Assembly (NCBI GenBank): GCA_019056805.1
Contig: DXJG01000007.1
Location: 1,992 to 65,991 of the forward strand
Length of the DNA stretch: 64,000 nt
Direction: 5' to 3'
Source: Candidatus Baldrarchaeota archaeon
GTDB taxonomy: Archaea > Asgardarchaeota > Baldrarchaeia > Baldrarchaeales > DXJG01
The first letter of the stretch is position 1, and each line of letters begins with the position of its first letter. The position numbers and the translations under genes are program-made. This document shows, piece after piece, positions 43,770 to 54,376 of the stretch. A model generated the notes under the pieces. That model was not told where the DNA came from. It searched no databases and saw only the letters and a program-made list of their open reading frames with translations.

Positions 43770-44030
43770 TTGCCAAGAATAAGAGGGTTTTCCATGATGG
43801 GAGATGGATTGGGCACCTATATTACAAAACAAAAATCAGAAATAAAGAATAATTCATTTAAAATTGGGAAAACCAAGATCACTTCAGACCCTTTCTTTTT
43901 AAAGAATAAAGGCGGGGAAAAAACGAAAGGAGATAGAGTATCTATAATTGCTGAAATAAGCTGGGTAAAACAGGAAAGCAAAGTTCTCATTTGGAGATTT
44001 CACAAAGAGAATTCTAATTTTGTAGTTTAA
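43770..44030 (+). CDS. Small hypothetical protein (86 aa)
   Basis: ORF only; no motif. May be non-coding. Confidence 0.25.
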   Translation: MPRIRGFSMMGDGLGTYITKQKSEIKNNSFKIGKTKITSDPFFLKNKGGEKTKGDRVSIIAEISWVKQESKVLIWRFHKENSNFVV

Positions 44031-44063
44031 AAATTTTAAAGAAATTTTAACTGGGTGCTTCAG

Positions 44064-45953
44064 ATGATAGATTTAAAAGAGAGATTTGTGAGAAATAGTT
44101 TCAAAAAACTCATGAAAATAAACAATCCATATCTTCATTCCTTTGTAGAAAAATATGTAAGACTTTGTAACCCTGATAGAATCTTTGTAAATTCAGGTAC
44201 TTCCGAAGATTTGAAATACATCAGAGAGGCAGCGATTAAATATGGAGAGGAAATAAAACTCAAGGTAGAAGGACATACAGTTCATTTTGATGGTTATTAC
44301 GACCAAGCAAGAGATAGAGAAAATACCAAAATTCTTCTACAAAAAGGGGCTAATTATGGTAAACATATCAACTGGATAGATAAGGAAAAAGGACTTAAAG
44401 AGATTCATGAAATTTTAAAAGATATTATGAAGGGAAAAGAACTTTTTATATGTTTTTACACTTTAGGTCCTGTAAATTCAGAATTTACAATTCCATGCGT
44501 GCAGTTAACTGATTCAGCTTATGTTGCTCATTCAGAAAACATTCTTTTTAGGCAAGGCTACGAAGAATTTTTAAGAAGAGGCCCTGATCCTTCCTTTTTC
44601 AAGTTTGTTCATAGCGCTGGAAAACTTGACGAAAGGAAAAACTCTAAAAACATAGATAAAAGAAGAATTTACATTGATCTTGAAAATGAAGTGGTTTACA
44701 GTGTAAATACCCAGTATGGAGGAAACACTATAGGTCCGAAGAAGCTTGCACTTAGACTTGCAATAAATAGGGCTTCAAAAGAAGGTTGGCTTGCAGAACA
44801 TATGTTTATAGTTGGAATAAGTGGTCCTGGTGGAAGAGTCACCTACTTTGCTGGTGCTTTTCCATCTCTCTGCGGGAAAACGTCCACAGTTATGATTCCT
44901 GGTGAGAAATTGATAGGTGATGATATAGCATTTTTGAGAAAAAGAAATGGGAAAGTTTATGCTGTAAACGCTGAAAAAGGTATTTTCGGAATCATATCGG
45001 GCATAAATTCCAAGGATGATCCCGTAATTTTCAAGGCACTTCATTCTCCTGGGGAAATTATATTTTCCAATGTTCTTGTAACTGAAAATGGAGAGGTTTA
45101 CTGGGATGGTAAAGACGCTCCAATGCCAGAAAGAGGGATAAACCATTCAGGAGAATGGTACAAGGGCAAAAAAGACGCTGAAGGAAAAATAATTCCTCCC
45201 GCCCATCCTAATGCAAGGTTTACATTGAGCCTTGATCTGCTTGAGAATTTCGATCCTAGGTTAAATGATCCTATAGGAGTTGAAATACGGGGAATTATCT
45301 ATGGAGGAAGAGATTCGGACACTTGTGTTCCCGTAGAACAGTCTTTTAACTGGGTTCATGGAGTAATTACAAAAGGTGCTTCTCTTGAATCAGAGACAAC
45401 CGCCGCAACCCTTGGAAAAGTGGGAGAAAGAAAACTTAATCCGATGGCAAACCTTGATTTTCTTCCCATAAGTATAGGTAGATATGTGGAGATGTACTTA
45501 GAATTTGGTAAAGATCTTGAAAATCTGCCTCTAATTTTTTCAGTAAATTACTTTCTCAAAGACAAAGATGGCAAGTTTCTTACTGAGAAAACTGATAAGA
45601 GAGTTTGGCTTAAGTGGATGGAATTGAGAGTCCATAATGAAGTAGATGCAATAAAAACCCCCACTGGATATATTCCCACATACGAAGATTTAAAAAGACT
45701 TTTTAAAGAAGTTTTAAACAAGGATTATAGGGAAGAAGATTATATAAAACAATTCACATTAAGGATTCCTGAAAATCTTGCAAAAATAGATAGAATACTT
45801 AAGATATATGGAAATATACCTGGGACTCCTGATATAATCTTTCATGTTCTTGAAAAGCAGAAAGAAAGACTTTTAAAGACAAAAGAGAGATTAGGAGAAT
45901 ATGTCTCACCTTTCGACTTTCCTCTAACTACAAGATGTCATGTATCTTGTTAA
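44064..45953 (+). CDS. pck: Phosphoenolpyruvate carboxykinase (GTP)
   Basis: GTP-PEPCK kinase-1a P-loop FPSLCGKTS, YGGNTIGPKK region, overall length ~630 aa. Confidence 0.93.
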   Translation: MIDLKERFVRNSFKKLMKINNPYLHSFVEKYVRLCNPDRIFVNSGTSEDLKYIREAAIKYGEEIKLKVEGHTVHFDGYYDQARDRENTKILLQKGANYGKHINWIDKEKGLKEIHEILKDIMKGKELFICFYTLGPVNSEFTIPCVQLTDSAYVAHSENILFRQGYEEFLRRGPDPSFFKFVHSAGKLDERKNSKNIDKRRIYIDLENEVVYSVNTQYGGNTIGPKKLALRLAINRASKEGWLAEHMFIVGISGPGGRVTYFAGAFPSLCGKTSTVMIPGEKLIGDDIAFLRKRNGKVYAVNAEKGIFGIISGINSKDDPVIFKALHSPGEIIFSNVLVTENGEVYWDGKDAPMPERGINHSGEWYKGKKDAEGKIIPPAHPNARFTLSLDLLENFDPRLNDPIGVEIRGIIYGGRDSDTCVPVEQSFNWVHGVITKGASLESETTAATLGKVGERKLNPMANLDFLPISIGRYVEMYLEFGKDLENLPLIFSVNYFLKDKDGKFLTEKTDKRVWLKWMELRVHNEVDAIKTPTGYIPTYEDLKRLFKEVLNKDYREEDYIKQFTLRIPENLAKIDRILKIYGNIPGTPDIIFHVLEKQKERLLKTKERLGEYVSPFDFPLTTRCHVSC

Positions 45954-46110
45954 ATACGGTGTTAAAACAACAGGGCAAATTCGTAGAATAGTATTAATAG
46001 CACTTAAACAAGTTTAATAACCCGCTTTTTGAGACGTTTCAAAATATGATATGAAAACTAAAAAACCACAACTTTAAGTAAAATTAAAGCTAAATTCAAG
46101 GGGAACAATT

Positions 46111-46422
46111 TTGAAAAGACAAAAAAGTTCTAAGGAACTTTATAAGCTTGCTATACGGCTTAGAATTCCCAGAGATATCCTTTACAAGGAGACTAAAAGT
46201 TTTTTTAAAGAAAAGGAATATCATTTGGAAAGAGAAAGGTTTCCTACATTTATGCTTTTTAAGGGGGAAGAAGGTATTTGGCAAGTGCGGTTCAGAAAGG
46301 AAAGAGAGGAAACACGAGTGGAGCTTTCGTTTATACCTCAAGTTCCTCGATTAAGAAAGAAGCAACAAGAAAAAATACGTGGGGAACTCGCAGAATATAT
46401 TACACATATCGAAAGTTTATGA
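46111..46422 (+). CDS. Small basic hypothetical protein (103 aa)
   Basis: ORF with TTG start; overlaps alternative-frame ORFs; coding status uncertain. Confidence 0.35.
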   Translation: MKRQKSSKELYKLAIRLRIPRDILYKETKSFFKEKEYHLERERFPTFMLFKGEEGIWQVRFRKEREETRVELSFIPQVPRLRKKQQEKIRGELAEYITHIESL

Positions 46423-46554
46423 TACCAAATCTATAAACATTTACAATCATTACCAAGATGAGCCTAGATTAGCTGCTCAAATTTTATCGTGTTGACGGAA
46501 AAATAAAAAAATATATGTCCATAAATTGTTTTATCATCATCGGGAGGATCTCAT

Positions 46555-47337
46555 TTGACCGATATCGCAATTTTGACAAAAGATCTAACGAAAATTTTTG
46601 GCCATATAACTGCCGTGAAAAATTTGAATCTAGAAGTTAAAAAGGGAGAAACTTTTGGTCTTTTAGGTCCTAATGGAGCTGGAAAAACCACAACTGTTAG
46701 AATGCTTAATGCAATAATAAAACCTACTTCTGGAACAGCCATTGTTGCTGGTTACGATATTCTTAAGCAACCAGATATGGTAAAAAGGAATACAGGGCTT
46801 TTACCTGAGACTCCTGGTATATATGAGAAGCTTACGGCTAGAGAATTTTTAATTTTTATTGGAAAACTTTATGATGTAGAAAGAGATATTTTGGAGGATC
46901 GTGTTGGTGATCTACTTAAAATATTTGAATTAGAGAATAGAGCTGACGATTTATTGGAAAGTTATAGTCGTGGTATGAAACAAAAGGTTTTAATTGCAGC
47001 TGCGCTTGTGCATGATCCTTCTATAATATTTTTAGATGAACCGACTGCAACTTTAGATCCCGCTAGTGCTAGAATGGTTAAAGATATGATTAAATTGCTT
47101 TCTGAAAAGGCTGATAAAACGATTTTTCTCTGTACACATATTTTGCCCGTTGCCACAGAGCTTTGTGACAGGGTTGGCATAATTGATAGAGGAGTTTTGC
47201 TAGATGTTGGTACACCCAAGGAGTTAATGGATAAAACAGGTACTGAAAGCTTGGAAGACGCTTTTATAAAACTAACTGGGCGTGAAAGGAAAGAAGCTGC
47301 AGAACTTTTAGAGTGGAGAGAACCATTACATCAGTGA
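46555..47337 (+). CDS. ABC transporter ATP-binding protein (ABC-2 type)
   Basis: Walker A GLLGPNGAGKTT, signature-like YSRGMKQKVLIAAAL, Walker B IIFLDEPTATLD. Confidence 0.93.
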   Translation: MTDIAILTKDLTKIFGHITAVKNLNLEVKKGETFGLLGPNGAGKTTTVRMLNAIIKPTSGTAIVAGYDILKQPDMVKRNTGLLPETPGIYEKLTAREFLIFIGKLYDVERDILEDRVGDLLKIFELENRADDLLESYSRGMKQKVLIAAALVHDPSIIFLDEPTATLDPASARMVKDMIKLLSEKADKTIFLCTHILPVATELCDRVGIIDRGVLLDVGTPKELMDKTGTESLEDAFIKLTGRERKEAAELLEWREPLHQ

Positions 47338-47346
47338 GGGATTTTT

Positions 47347-48948
47347 ATGGCTGATTGGAGAGTAATTGCTGAAAATGAGTTAAGATTAATGACGAGTCGT
47401 TTTCATAATAAAAGAAAACTTCTGATTGCTGTAGTACTTGTACCTACTGCAATATACTTTTACATTATTAATCATTTCCTAGCTCCCTTCTTTTCTTCTC
47501 CAGAAGTAAAAACAATGCTTGAAACATTTCCATCGATACTAGTATGGGTTCTTCATTTTTTATTGTTTTATGCTTTTGTTATGGCGGCTTTTACGCCTCT
47601 CTCCGGCACTTTACGTGAAGCTACAGCTGAACCTATCGAAGTACTTTTATCAACACCAATAAAGCCTCAACATGTCTTAGTAGGGAGATTTATTGCTAGA
47701 TCACTTATTTACATCATGGGAGCAATAATTTTGTTTGCGCCTCTAGATGTTCTGTTTTACATTGTTTATGAGTCTTCTATTTTAGCTCTTATAGTTGTAA
47801 ATTGTCTTATTGCTGTTATGGTAGCTGTTGCTGTATGGATTAGCATATTATCAATTTCAATTATTATGTCTAAATTTGGAAAAACTGAAAGAGGTCGAGA
47901 TATAGCGAAAGCTCTTAATTTAATTCTTGCTTTGTTACTCTTCATTTTTCTCTACGGAAGTGGATGGTTTAGTGGCTCTATTTCCCCGGAACAAGCTTCA
48001 AGACTCACCAGAGTTTTGGAATATTTGCCTAGTGGATGGGTTGCAAACATAATATCTGAAATAGTTATAGGAGTTTCGCCAGAGATACCACTATATGTAA
48101 ATATTGGGGCATTATCGATCTTTTGTGCCAGTGTATTTTTTATTGGTTACCATGCTGCTGGTCGTTTCTATAGCTTAGAGCCTGTTGAAACTGTAAAAGT
48201 CACTGTTATAAAGGAAAACTTTGGATATTCTTTTATTAGAAAAATTATTCCTGGTAAACTTGGTGAGTTGACAGTTCTTCACTTTAAGGAATTTGCAAGA
48301 TATATGGAGTCTTTGTCAAGGTTTGTTTATGGTTTAGCTATTTCGGTTTTTATACTTTATATGATGGCGATTTCTATGTCAAAAACTTCCCAGGGAATGG
48401 ATATACTTGTCTATTCTTTTGTGACCGTTTACTGTGTTCCGTTTATAACCTTGCTTGTGGCAGGAGATATCACTATTAGAGGTAAAGAGAAGCTTTGGAT
48501 TTTCCGTCACGCACCGAGAGGAATATTACTTTTCGTATTAGGAAAGTATATTCAATCGATAATTGTGCAACTTCCAATTGTTATCGCTGTGCCATTAACA
48601 TTTCATTTTCTTAATCCTAATCTTCCTATGAAATCTTTGATTGAATTAGCATTAATAGCTTTTACTTTGCTTTTTGGCTGTACAGCGGAGATTATTGGGA
48701 TTTTCTGTTTAAATCCTGCCTTTAAAGAAAAGAGTGCAAAATATACAATAAATACGCTGATTTATGTGGCTTTAACCATGTTTGTACCCATGTTCATATT
48801 TTTCGGAATTGTTGCATCTGGGTCGCCACCGGAACAAGGCTTAGAAAATCTATTAACAATTATTAGATGGGCGCCAGTCGGATTATCGCTACTCTTAGGG
48901 TTTACTTTAATGTTTCTGGGCATCAAAAATCTCTCACGAATGGAATAG
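47347..48948 (+). CDS. ABC-2-type transporter permease (multi-pass membrane protein)
   Basis: 533-aa highly hydrophobic protein immediately downstream of the ATPase gene (9-nt gap). Confidence 0.8.
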   Translation: MADWRVIAENELRLMTSRFHNKRKLLIAVVLVPTAIYFYIINHFLAPFFSSPEVKTMLETFPSILVWVLHFLLFYAFVMAAFTPLSGTLREATAEPIEVLLSTPIKPQHVLVGRFIARSLIYIMGAIILFAPLDVLFYIVYESSILALIVVNCLIAVMVAVAVWISILSISIIMSKFGKTERGRDIAKALNLILALLLFIFLYGSGWFSGSISPEQASRLTRVLEYLPSGWVANIISEIVIGVSPEIPLYVNIGALSIFCASVFFIGYHAAGRFYSLEPVETVKVTVIKENFGYSFIRKIIPGKLGELTVLHFKEFARYMESLSRFVYGLAISVFILYMMAISMSKTSQGMDILVYSFVTVYCVPFITLLVAGDITIRGKEKLWIFRHAPRGILLFVLGKYIQSIIVQLPIVIAVPLTFHFLNPNLPMKSLIELALIAFTLLFGCTAEIIGIFCLNPAFKEKSAKYTINTLIYVALTMFVPMFIFFGIVASGSPPEQGLENLLTIIRWAPVGLSLLLGFTLMFLGIKNLSRME

Positions 48949-48962
48949 TAAAATTTTATGTT

Positions 48963-51935
48963 CTAGGCTTCCGAGGTATTTTCTGAAATTTTTGATACTT
49001 CAGTTTCATGTTTGGAATGTTGCGGGTATATTATGAGTAGTTCTTTATTTTCCTTTAACTTTAGCACCGTTTTGTATAATTTTATTCTCTCTGATTTTGG
49101 TAATTTTTCAAGTTCTTTTGCTAATTTTGGCATGTAAAAGAATTGGTCTTGATTTGAAATTTTTTGAATGATTTCCTTTAAGGAGCTAGGTATTTTTCTA
49201 CTGTCTTCTATCTTGTACATTGCCAAATTTTCTTTTCCAAAGATCTCATATATGATCTCCTCTGTGCCATTAAAAACTCCTAAGTCTCCTCTCCAATTAT
49301 TAAAAACATCTTTGAATTTTTCTTCGAATTTTTGTGTAATTTCTCTAATTATTTCTTTATTTTTAAGTTTCTCAGTTGAAATAGCAATTGTATATGTGTG
49401 CTCTCCAGAGGAACATGTTAAAAATCTTGGCTCTGGATCTCCATATGATATCTCATCAAGATATCCTACTTTACCGTTACTAAGTTCTGTGTAAAATGTT
49501 TGAACAGCTTGTATGAACCCAGCTATTAATTCAGGACTTCTTTCCTCGCCACCAAAAATTTTAACGTCTCTTACTGGAAGCCCGCTCCTTTTCTCAACTA
49601 ATAATATCTCTTCTATCGATGAAATGGAAGATAAGTGTTCTATTTCATTAATCAATTTTGCGATTGATTTTTTTCTGTGCACAAAGTAGACAGATGAAGA
49701 AAAGAAGAAAAGAAATAAGAAAATAAGTTCTTTGAAATATTGTTTAACATTTTCTTTCACTTTTTCCAGTATAGGAGCTAAGGATAAGTATGGTGTTATT
49801 TCTATGGTTTTTTCCTCCGATTGTGAAGGTAAATATTCTCTACTTCCATTAAAGTACACTATTATTGTTAGGTTTCCAGCTGTTTGCATTTTAAAATTGT
49901 AAAAAGCTTTGCCCTCGTTATTAGTTACAAGCGTTTCATTCCACTCTCTAGTTGTACCGTTTAAGGAAGTGAATTTTAACATTAAAATTAATTCTTTACC
50001 TGGGACCCCTGTTCCGTTAATATCTGTTAGTGTTATTTCAATTCCTATGTTCTTCCCGACAGAGGCTTTTGAAGGAGCTTCAAGAATTATCCTTGTTGGA
50101 ATAGGATAAATAAGATTTAGGGTTATATTTACATGAGTTTCTTCATAATATTCTTTTATTACGTATATTGAAACGTTATACATTCCTTCTGTTAATCCAT
50201 TTGTACCAACTATGCCCTCGTAACAGTTTGTTATGTTATTATAAGTGAATTGAATTGTTCCTTTTATCCATTTTCCGTAAATATTTGCATCTGTTATATT
50301 CTCTCCGGTTATGCCATCGACACATCTAACTTTAATGGTTATATTTTCTCCTAAAAGATAATATTCGCTTAGATTTTCAACTATAATCTTTATGGTGTAG
50401 AAAACGGAAAATGTACTTATTCTATACCCTATTTCCGTTCCATTGTAGAATAGTATTGCTACTTTGTATTCTCCTTTTTCCACGTTTTGAGGTATCCATG
50501 TGAAATTACTGCCTTCACTTATGTTCTTCGTTTCTTCATGAATTTTCACGTCAGTTACGTTGTATATTGCCATGGTTAAGTTTCCATTTGAAACTGTTAC
50601 TGTTGATTTCCACTGTACAGAAAATTCTATTTTGTGGTTTATCGTAACATTTGCTGGGTGGTCTAAACTTTTTATATAGTTTATTCCTTGAAAAATTAGA
50701 AACCATGGATCACTCATATTTACTGTTATTAAGTTTTCCTGTCTATCTATTACGTTATTTGTATTGTTTTGCAATGTCCAGTCTGATGGAACATGGAATT
50801 TCGTGCTACAATTCAAATAGCCGCTGGGAAAAGTGTAAGTTGAGTTAACATACCATGTAACATTATCATAGTTTGTGTTAATGAAACAAGATGTGTGTAA
50901 CAATTCTTCTTTTAAATGAGTAGTTTCACATGTGATATTAAATTTAAGTAACCAACTTGCCGTAACATTTAAAATTACGGGATCTTCAGTGATAAGATTC
51001 GTAAAAGTCCATGTTCCATTTTCATTAACTGATATATTATTTACTTTTAATTCATAGTCTTGAAAACTAGTTAATAACGGGGAAAGATGGACATATTGCA
51101 AAAAATAGTCTACATCTTCAGGTATGAAACTATTAGAATCAGAGTCGTAGTAGTATGCATATCCTTCATCAACTCCGTCGGTTGAAGCTGCTGGTGTAGA
51201 ATCATTATATGCCAGCCAACATACGTCTTCACTTGCCGTTAAGGCTCGAGCATATAGGTGCAAGAAGAACGTGTTATCGTAGGTTTTTGATGTGTCAAGT
51301 AAAAGGGGTGGATCGATTGTTATGTTTAATTGTAAGTATTGTGTTCCACTAATACTCATAATTGTGGTGTTGCTGATGAGCGTGGTATCTGGGTACGGTA
51401 GAATCTGCTCTTGAATTATTGTTCCTGTCGCATTCATTATAGCCCAGTCAATTGTTATTCCAGATATCACAGAGATGTTTAACTTTACTTCTAAACTCGT
51501 AAGATAACATATGCGAGGAACTCGAAAAGACATTACTCTTGGATAATCTCCAATAGAAATATTTCCCAAGGGAAGAGGGTCTTCAGGGTGTTGCATTTCT
51601 ATTTCTTTTGTTAGATTTTGCGGCTCTATATTTGTGAAGTTTAAAGCTATCTTTTCTGTGTTAAACCCGTGGGTTACAATATTTAGCGGGCTATAAAATG
51701 CGTCATTTTTTGCATCGAGAGACCTAACATGTGTTGTTTCATTATTTATCCAGTTTTTGATTTGTATTGCTGTTAGGTTTGAATGAATAATTCTATCACT
51801 AGACAAGGTAAAATTTGAAGTACATTGGGAAGGAAATGTTGAATTGGCTAAAACCTGTGGAGGGCTCATTATTGCGAAAAATATTAAAATTACTACAAGA
51901 AGTGTTAAAGTCTTCAGTTTTTCCACCAGAGTCAC
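48963..51935 (-). CDS. Large surface protein (990 aa): signal peptide, ~700-aa extracellular region, single TM, ~240-aa cytoplasmic tail with roadblock/longin-like domain
   Basis: N-terminal MTLVEKLKTLTLLVVILIFFAIMSPPQVLA; hydrophobic helix IFLFLFFFSSSVYFV followed by HRKK at ~aa 725-745; tail IEEILLVEKRSGLPVRDVKIFGG...LIAGFIQAVQTF...NNWRGDLGVF is homologous to the C-terminus of the 7032..9194 protein. Confidence 0.85.
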   Translation of the reverse strand: MTLVEKLKTLTLLVVILIFFAIMSPPQVLANSTFPSQCTSNFTLSSDRIIHSNLTAIQIKNWINNETTHVRSLDAKNDAFYSPLNIVTHGFNTEKIALNFTNIEPQNLTKEIEMQHPEDPLPLGNISIGDYPRVMSFRVPRICYLTSLEVKLNISVISGITIDWAIMNATGTIIQEQILPYPDTTLISNTTIMSISGTQYLQLNITIDPPLLLDTSKTYDNTFFLHLYARALTASEDVCWLAYNDSTPAASTDGVDEGYAYYYDSDSNSFIPEDVDYFLQYVHLSPLLTSFQDYELKVNNISVNENGTWTFTNLITEDPVILNVTASWLLKFNITCETTHLKEELLHTSCFINTNYDNVTWYVNSTYTFPSGYLNCSTKFHVPSDWTLQNNTNNVIDRQENLITVNMSDPWFLIFQGINYIKSLDHPANVTINHKIEFSVQWKSTVTVSNGNLTMAIYNVTDVKIHEETKNISEGSNFTWIPQNVEKGEYKVAILFYNGTEIGYRISTFSVFYTIKIIVENLSEYYLLGENITIKVRCVDGITGENITDANIYGKWIKGTIQFTYNNITNCYEGIVGTNGLTEGMYNVSIYVIKEYYEETHVNITLNLIYPIPTRIILEAPSKASVGKNIGIEITLTDINGTGVPGKELILMLKFTSLNGTTREWNETLVTNNEGKAFYNFKMQTAGNLTIIVYFNGSREYLPSQSEEKTIEITPYLSLAPILEKVKENVKQYFKELIFLFLFFFSSSVYFVHRKKSIAKLINEIEHLSSISSIEEILLVEKRSGLPVRDVKIFGGEERSPELIAGFIQAVQTFYTELSNGKVGYLDEISYGDPEPRFLTCSSGEHTYTIAISTEKLKNKEIIREITQKFEEKFKDVFNNWRGDLGVFNGTEEIIYEIFGKENLAMYKIEDSRKIPSSLKEIIQKISNQDQFFYMPKLAKELEKLPKSERIKLYKTVLKLKENKELLIIYPQHSKHETEVSKISENTSEA

Positions 51936-52087
51936 CGTAAGATATACTACTTTTCACTTTCATCAATTACTACTATTATTATAACAATATTATATAAAAT
52001 CATTTTAGCCATTGTTGTAAAGTTAAAATTGATATAGAAAACCAGATTCAAATATTAGTGAATTCTTGAAAAGCGGGATGAACCCTG

Positions 52088-52624
52088 ATGAAGAAGGAAA
52101 ATTTCACAAGTGTTGTTAAGAAAGTTCTTGAAAAGGAAGGAAAGTATATTAGTGGTAAAAGGAATGCAGCGGTTTTGGTCCCTTTAAGTATAGATAAGGC
52201 GCTTTATATTACATTTATAAAAAGGTCTAAAAATCTACAATTTCACAGAGGGGAAGTAGCGTTTCCTGGTGGTCTAAGAAAAAATAATGAAAGTCCTTTG
52301 GAGACAGCTTTTAGAGAAGCATGGGAAGAATTGAGAATACGGAAAGAAAATGTAGAAGTTCTTGGTTTTCTTCCTCCAACAGAAACTAGAACAACTAATA
52401 TTTACATTGTACCTGTTGTTGGATTAATACCGTTAAACTATCCATTCAAACTAAATAAAAAAGAAATAGAAAAAGTAATGCAAATTCCTATCAAAGAACT
52501 ATATAAAAACGTGTACGAAGATTTTTATGGAAAATATTATTTACATGATGGCTATAAAATCTGGGGAGCAACTGCAAGAATCTTGACAACCCTCTTAAAC
52601 AAGCTAAAAACAATAATCAAATGA
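52088..52624 (+). CDS. NUDIX hydrolase (CoA pyrophosphatase-like)
   Basis: Nudix box GGLRKNNESPLETAFREAWEELRI. Confidence 0.88.
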   Translation: MKKENFTSVVKKVLEKEGKYISGKRNAAVLVPLSIDKALYITFIKRSKNLQFHRGEVAFPGGLRKNNESPLETAFREAWEELRIRKENVEVLGFLPPTETRTTNIYIVPVVGLIPLNYPFKLNKKEIEKVMQIPIKELYKNVYEDFYGKYYLHDGYKIWGATARILTTLLNKLKTIIK

Positions 52625-52801
52625 TATCCCTATTTTCCATCAAAATATACTGAATTTAGTTTTTCCTTAAAAATTGTGATCCGTTTATTGGACAATTTCG
52701 ATTAATACAAACATAGTTACCTCAATTATTAAGTTTTAATTTCGAAGTTATTGATTAATCTTAATAAGGTTACAGTGTGTTATTATTTCTTGGTGTTTTT
52801 G

Positions 52802-53323
52802 ATGGAGATCAAAATTGGTGAATTGTTTAAGGAAGCTATGGAACACCCTTCGAAAGAATCCATTATTATGATGTCTGAAGGACTTGAAAAATTTGTTTTA
52901 ATGGTTATTAACGCTCTTGGAATTTTAGAAGAAAGAATTATCAACTTAGAAAATGAACTAAAATCTCTAAAGGAGACCATAGAATCAAAATTAAAGATAG
53001 AAAAAATGGAAATCCCACCAGCAAAACCTGTTCAAATTCCTGAATCAAAACTTCCTCCCTCACTTCCACCAGTTCCCTCCAAACCTACAGAAGAAATAGT
53101 TAAACCACCTACAAAGCCTCCTAAGGAGATAAGTGCTCCTAAGACTGTCGGGCCTGAAGAAAAAGATATTGAAGCCTTTAGAAAAGGATTGTTAAAACCT
53201 ACACCGAAAATTGAGGAAAAGGAGAAAAAACCTGTCTCTCTCAGAGATGCTCTTATGCAAGAATTAAAAAACTATTTTAATACTGCTATGAAAAAGGTTC
53301 GTAAAGAGGAAGTAGAGGAATGA
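52802..53323 (+). CDS. Hypothetical protein with coiled-coil and Pro-rich linker
   Basis: Start set at the internal ATG (MEIKIGELF); central PPAKPVQIPESKLPPSLPPVPSKPTEEIVKPPTKPPKE. Confidence 0.5.
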   Translation: MEIKIGELFKEAMEHPSKESIIMMSEGLEKFVLMVINALGILEERIINLENELKSLKETIESKLKIEKMEIPPAKPVQIPESKLPPSLPPVPSKPTEEIVKPPTKPPKEISAPKTVGPEEKDIEAFRKGLLKPTPKIEEKEKKPVSLRDALMQELKNYFNTAMKKVRKEEVEE

Positions 53324-53328
53324 AAATT

Positions 53329-54246
53329 CTAGGATAATATTTTTAGTACTTTTTCTTTTATTTCTTGAAGTGATGATAGAAGTTTTCCTAGTTTAAAGTC
53401 TCTTTCTTTTAGTATTGAAAACATAGCTATTTCATCGCTTATGTTGTAAACTGCGATGTATTCTCTTTTTATATGCCACAGTGCTAAGTCTGCTGTATCA
53501 AAGGTTATGTATCCGCTTTTACGTAGTTGCGAGAACATTGTTCTCACCGTCTCGATAGGTTTTATTAGAGATTTTGCAGATACATATTTTAGTTTCTTCG
53601 GGTTAATGAGTTCTTTGCTTATTGCTGAAGCTATTTCTAAACCGTCTCCCTTGTTTAGAATGAAAGATGCTAAGGCTTTTTGTTTTTTATTGAATTTTGC
53701 TAAGATTTTATGGATTTTCTCAGCCACTTCTTTTGCTTCTTTGGAAAGAACGCTATCTAAGAGTTTACAAACAACCGTTCTAGCTGTTCCCTCTGGTATA
53801 GATGTGGCCTCAACAACCACATTATGATTTCCAAATATTTTTCGTATTTCCTTTATGGAAATCTTTTTTATATCATATTTGCTGGCTAAAACGAATATTC
53901 TTGCATTCGGAGAATATTTTTTAAGATATTCTAGGGCTTTAAGATATTCTTGTTTTGCTTCATCGATTGTTTCTTTGTTAGAGGAGTCTACTACGAAGAA
54001 GAATGCACCTACGTTTGAAAATATTTTTCCTGACCATTGATCTGTGAAATATTTGTATATGAATTGTTTTTGTCCTCCTACATCAAAAGTTGTAACTTCT
54101 AATAAGCCTCTATACTTGTATGTTTTTGTACTTACAAATTCTGTTGGTTCTAAGTTCTTTACATCGTCCCAGTCTTTCCCTTCAAAAACATGTTTAACCA
54201 AAGATGTTTTTCCAGCTGCTCTTAACCCCATTATTAAAACTTTCAT
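53329..54246 (-). CDS. Small GTPase of the Arf/Sar/Rag-like type with a ~140-aa C-terminal extension
   Basis: G1 GLRAAGKTS, G3 DVGGQ (the form seen in Arf/Sar and Rag families), G4-like ASKYD; start set at the internal ATG (MKVLIMG). Confidence 0.85.
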   Translation of the reverse strand: MKVLIMGLRAAGKTSLVKHVFEGKDWDDVKNLEPTEFVSTKTYKYRGLLEVTTFDVGGQKQFIYKYFTDQWSGKIFSNVGAFFFVVDSSNKETIDEAKQEYLKALEYLKKYSPNARIFVLASKYDIKKISIKEIRKIFGNHNVVVEATSIPEGTARTVVCKLLDSVLSKEAKEVAEKIHKILAKFNKKQKALASFILNKGDGLEIASAISKELINPKKLKYVSAKSLIKPIETVRTMFSQLRKSGYITFDTADLALWHIKREYIAVYNISDEIAMFSILKERDFKLGKLLSSLQEIKEKVLKILS

Positions 54247-54376
54247 TTTAAACAACCTTTAATGCTATTTCAAAACTTGAATTTAATTTATTTACTTCTA
54301 AATAGAGTATATACTTTTCTATTAGAAACATATTATTACAATTAAAAATGTAGACTTCATTTGCAGAATTTCAACT

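Noticed and set aside
46096-46354. Overlapping ORFs 46096..46341 (-) and 46148..46354 (+)
   Set aside because: Three mutually overlapping ORFs in ~300 bp; only the longest plus-strand frame (46111..46422) was retained, and even that at low confidence.
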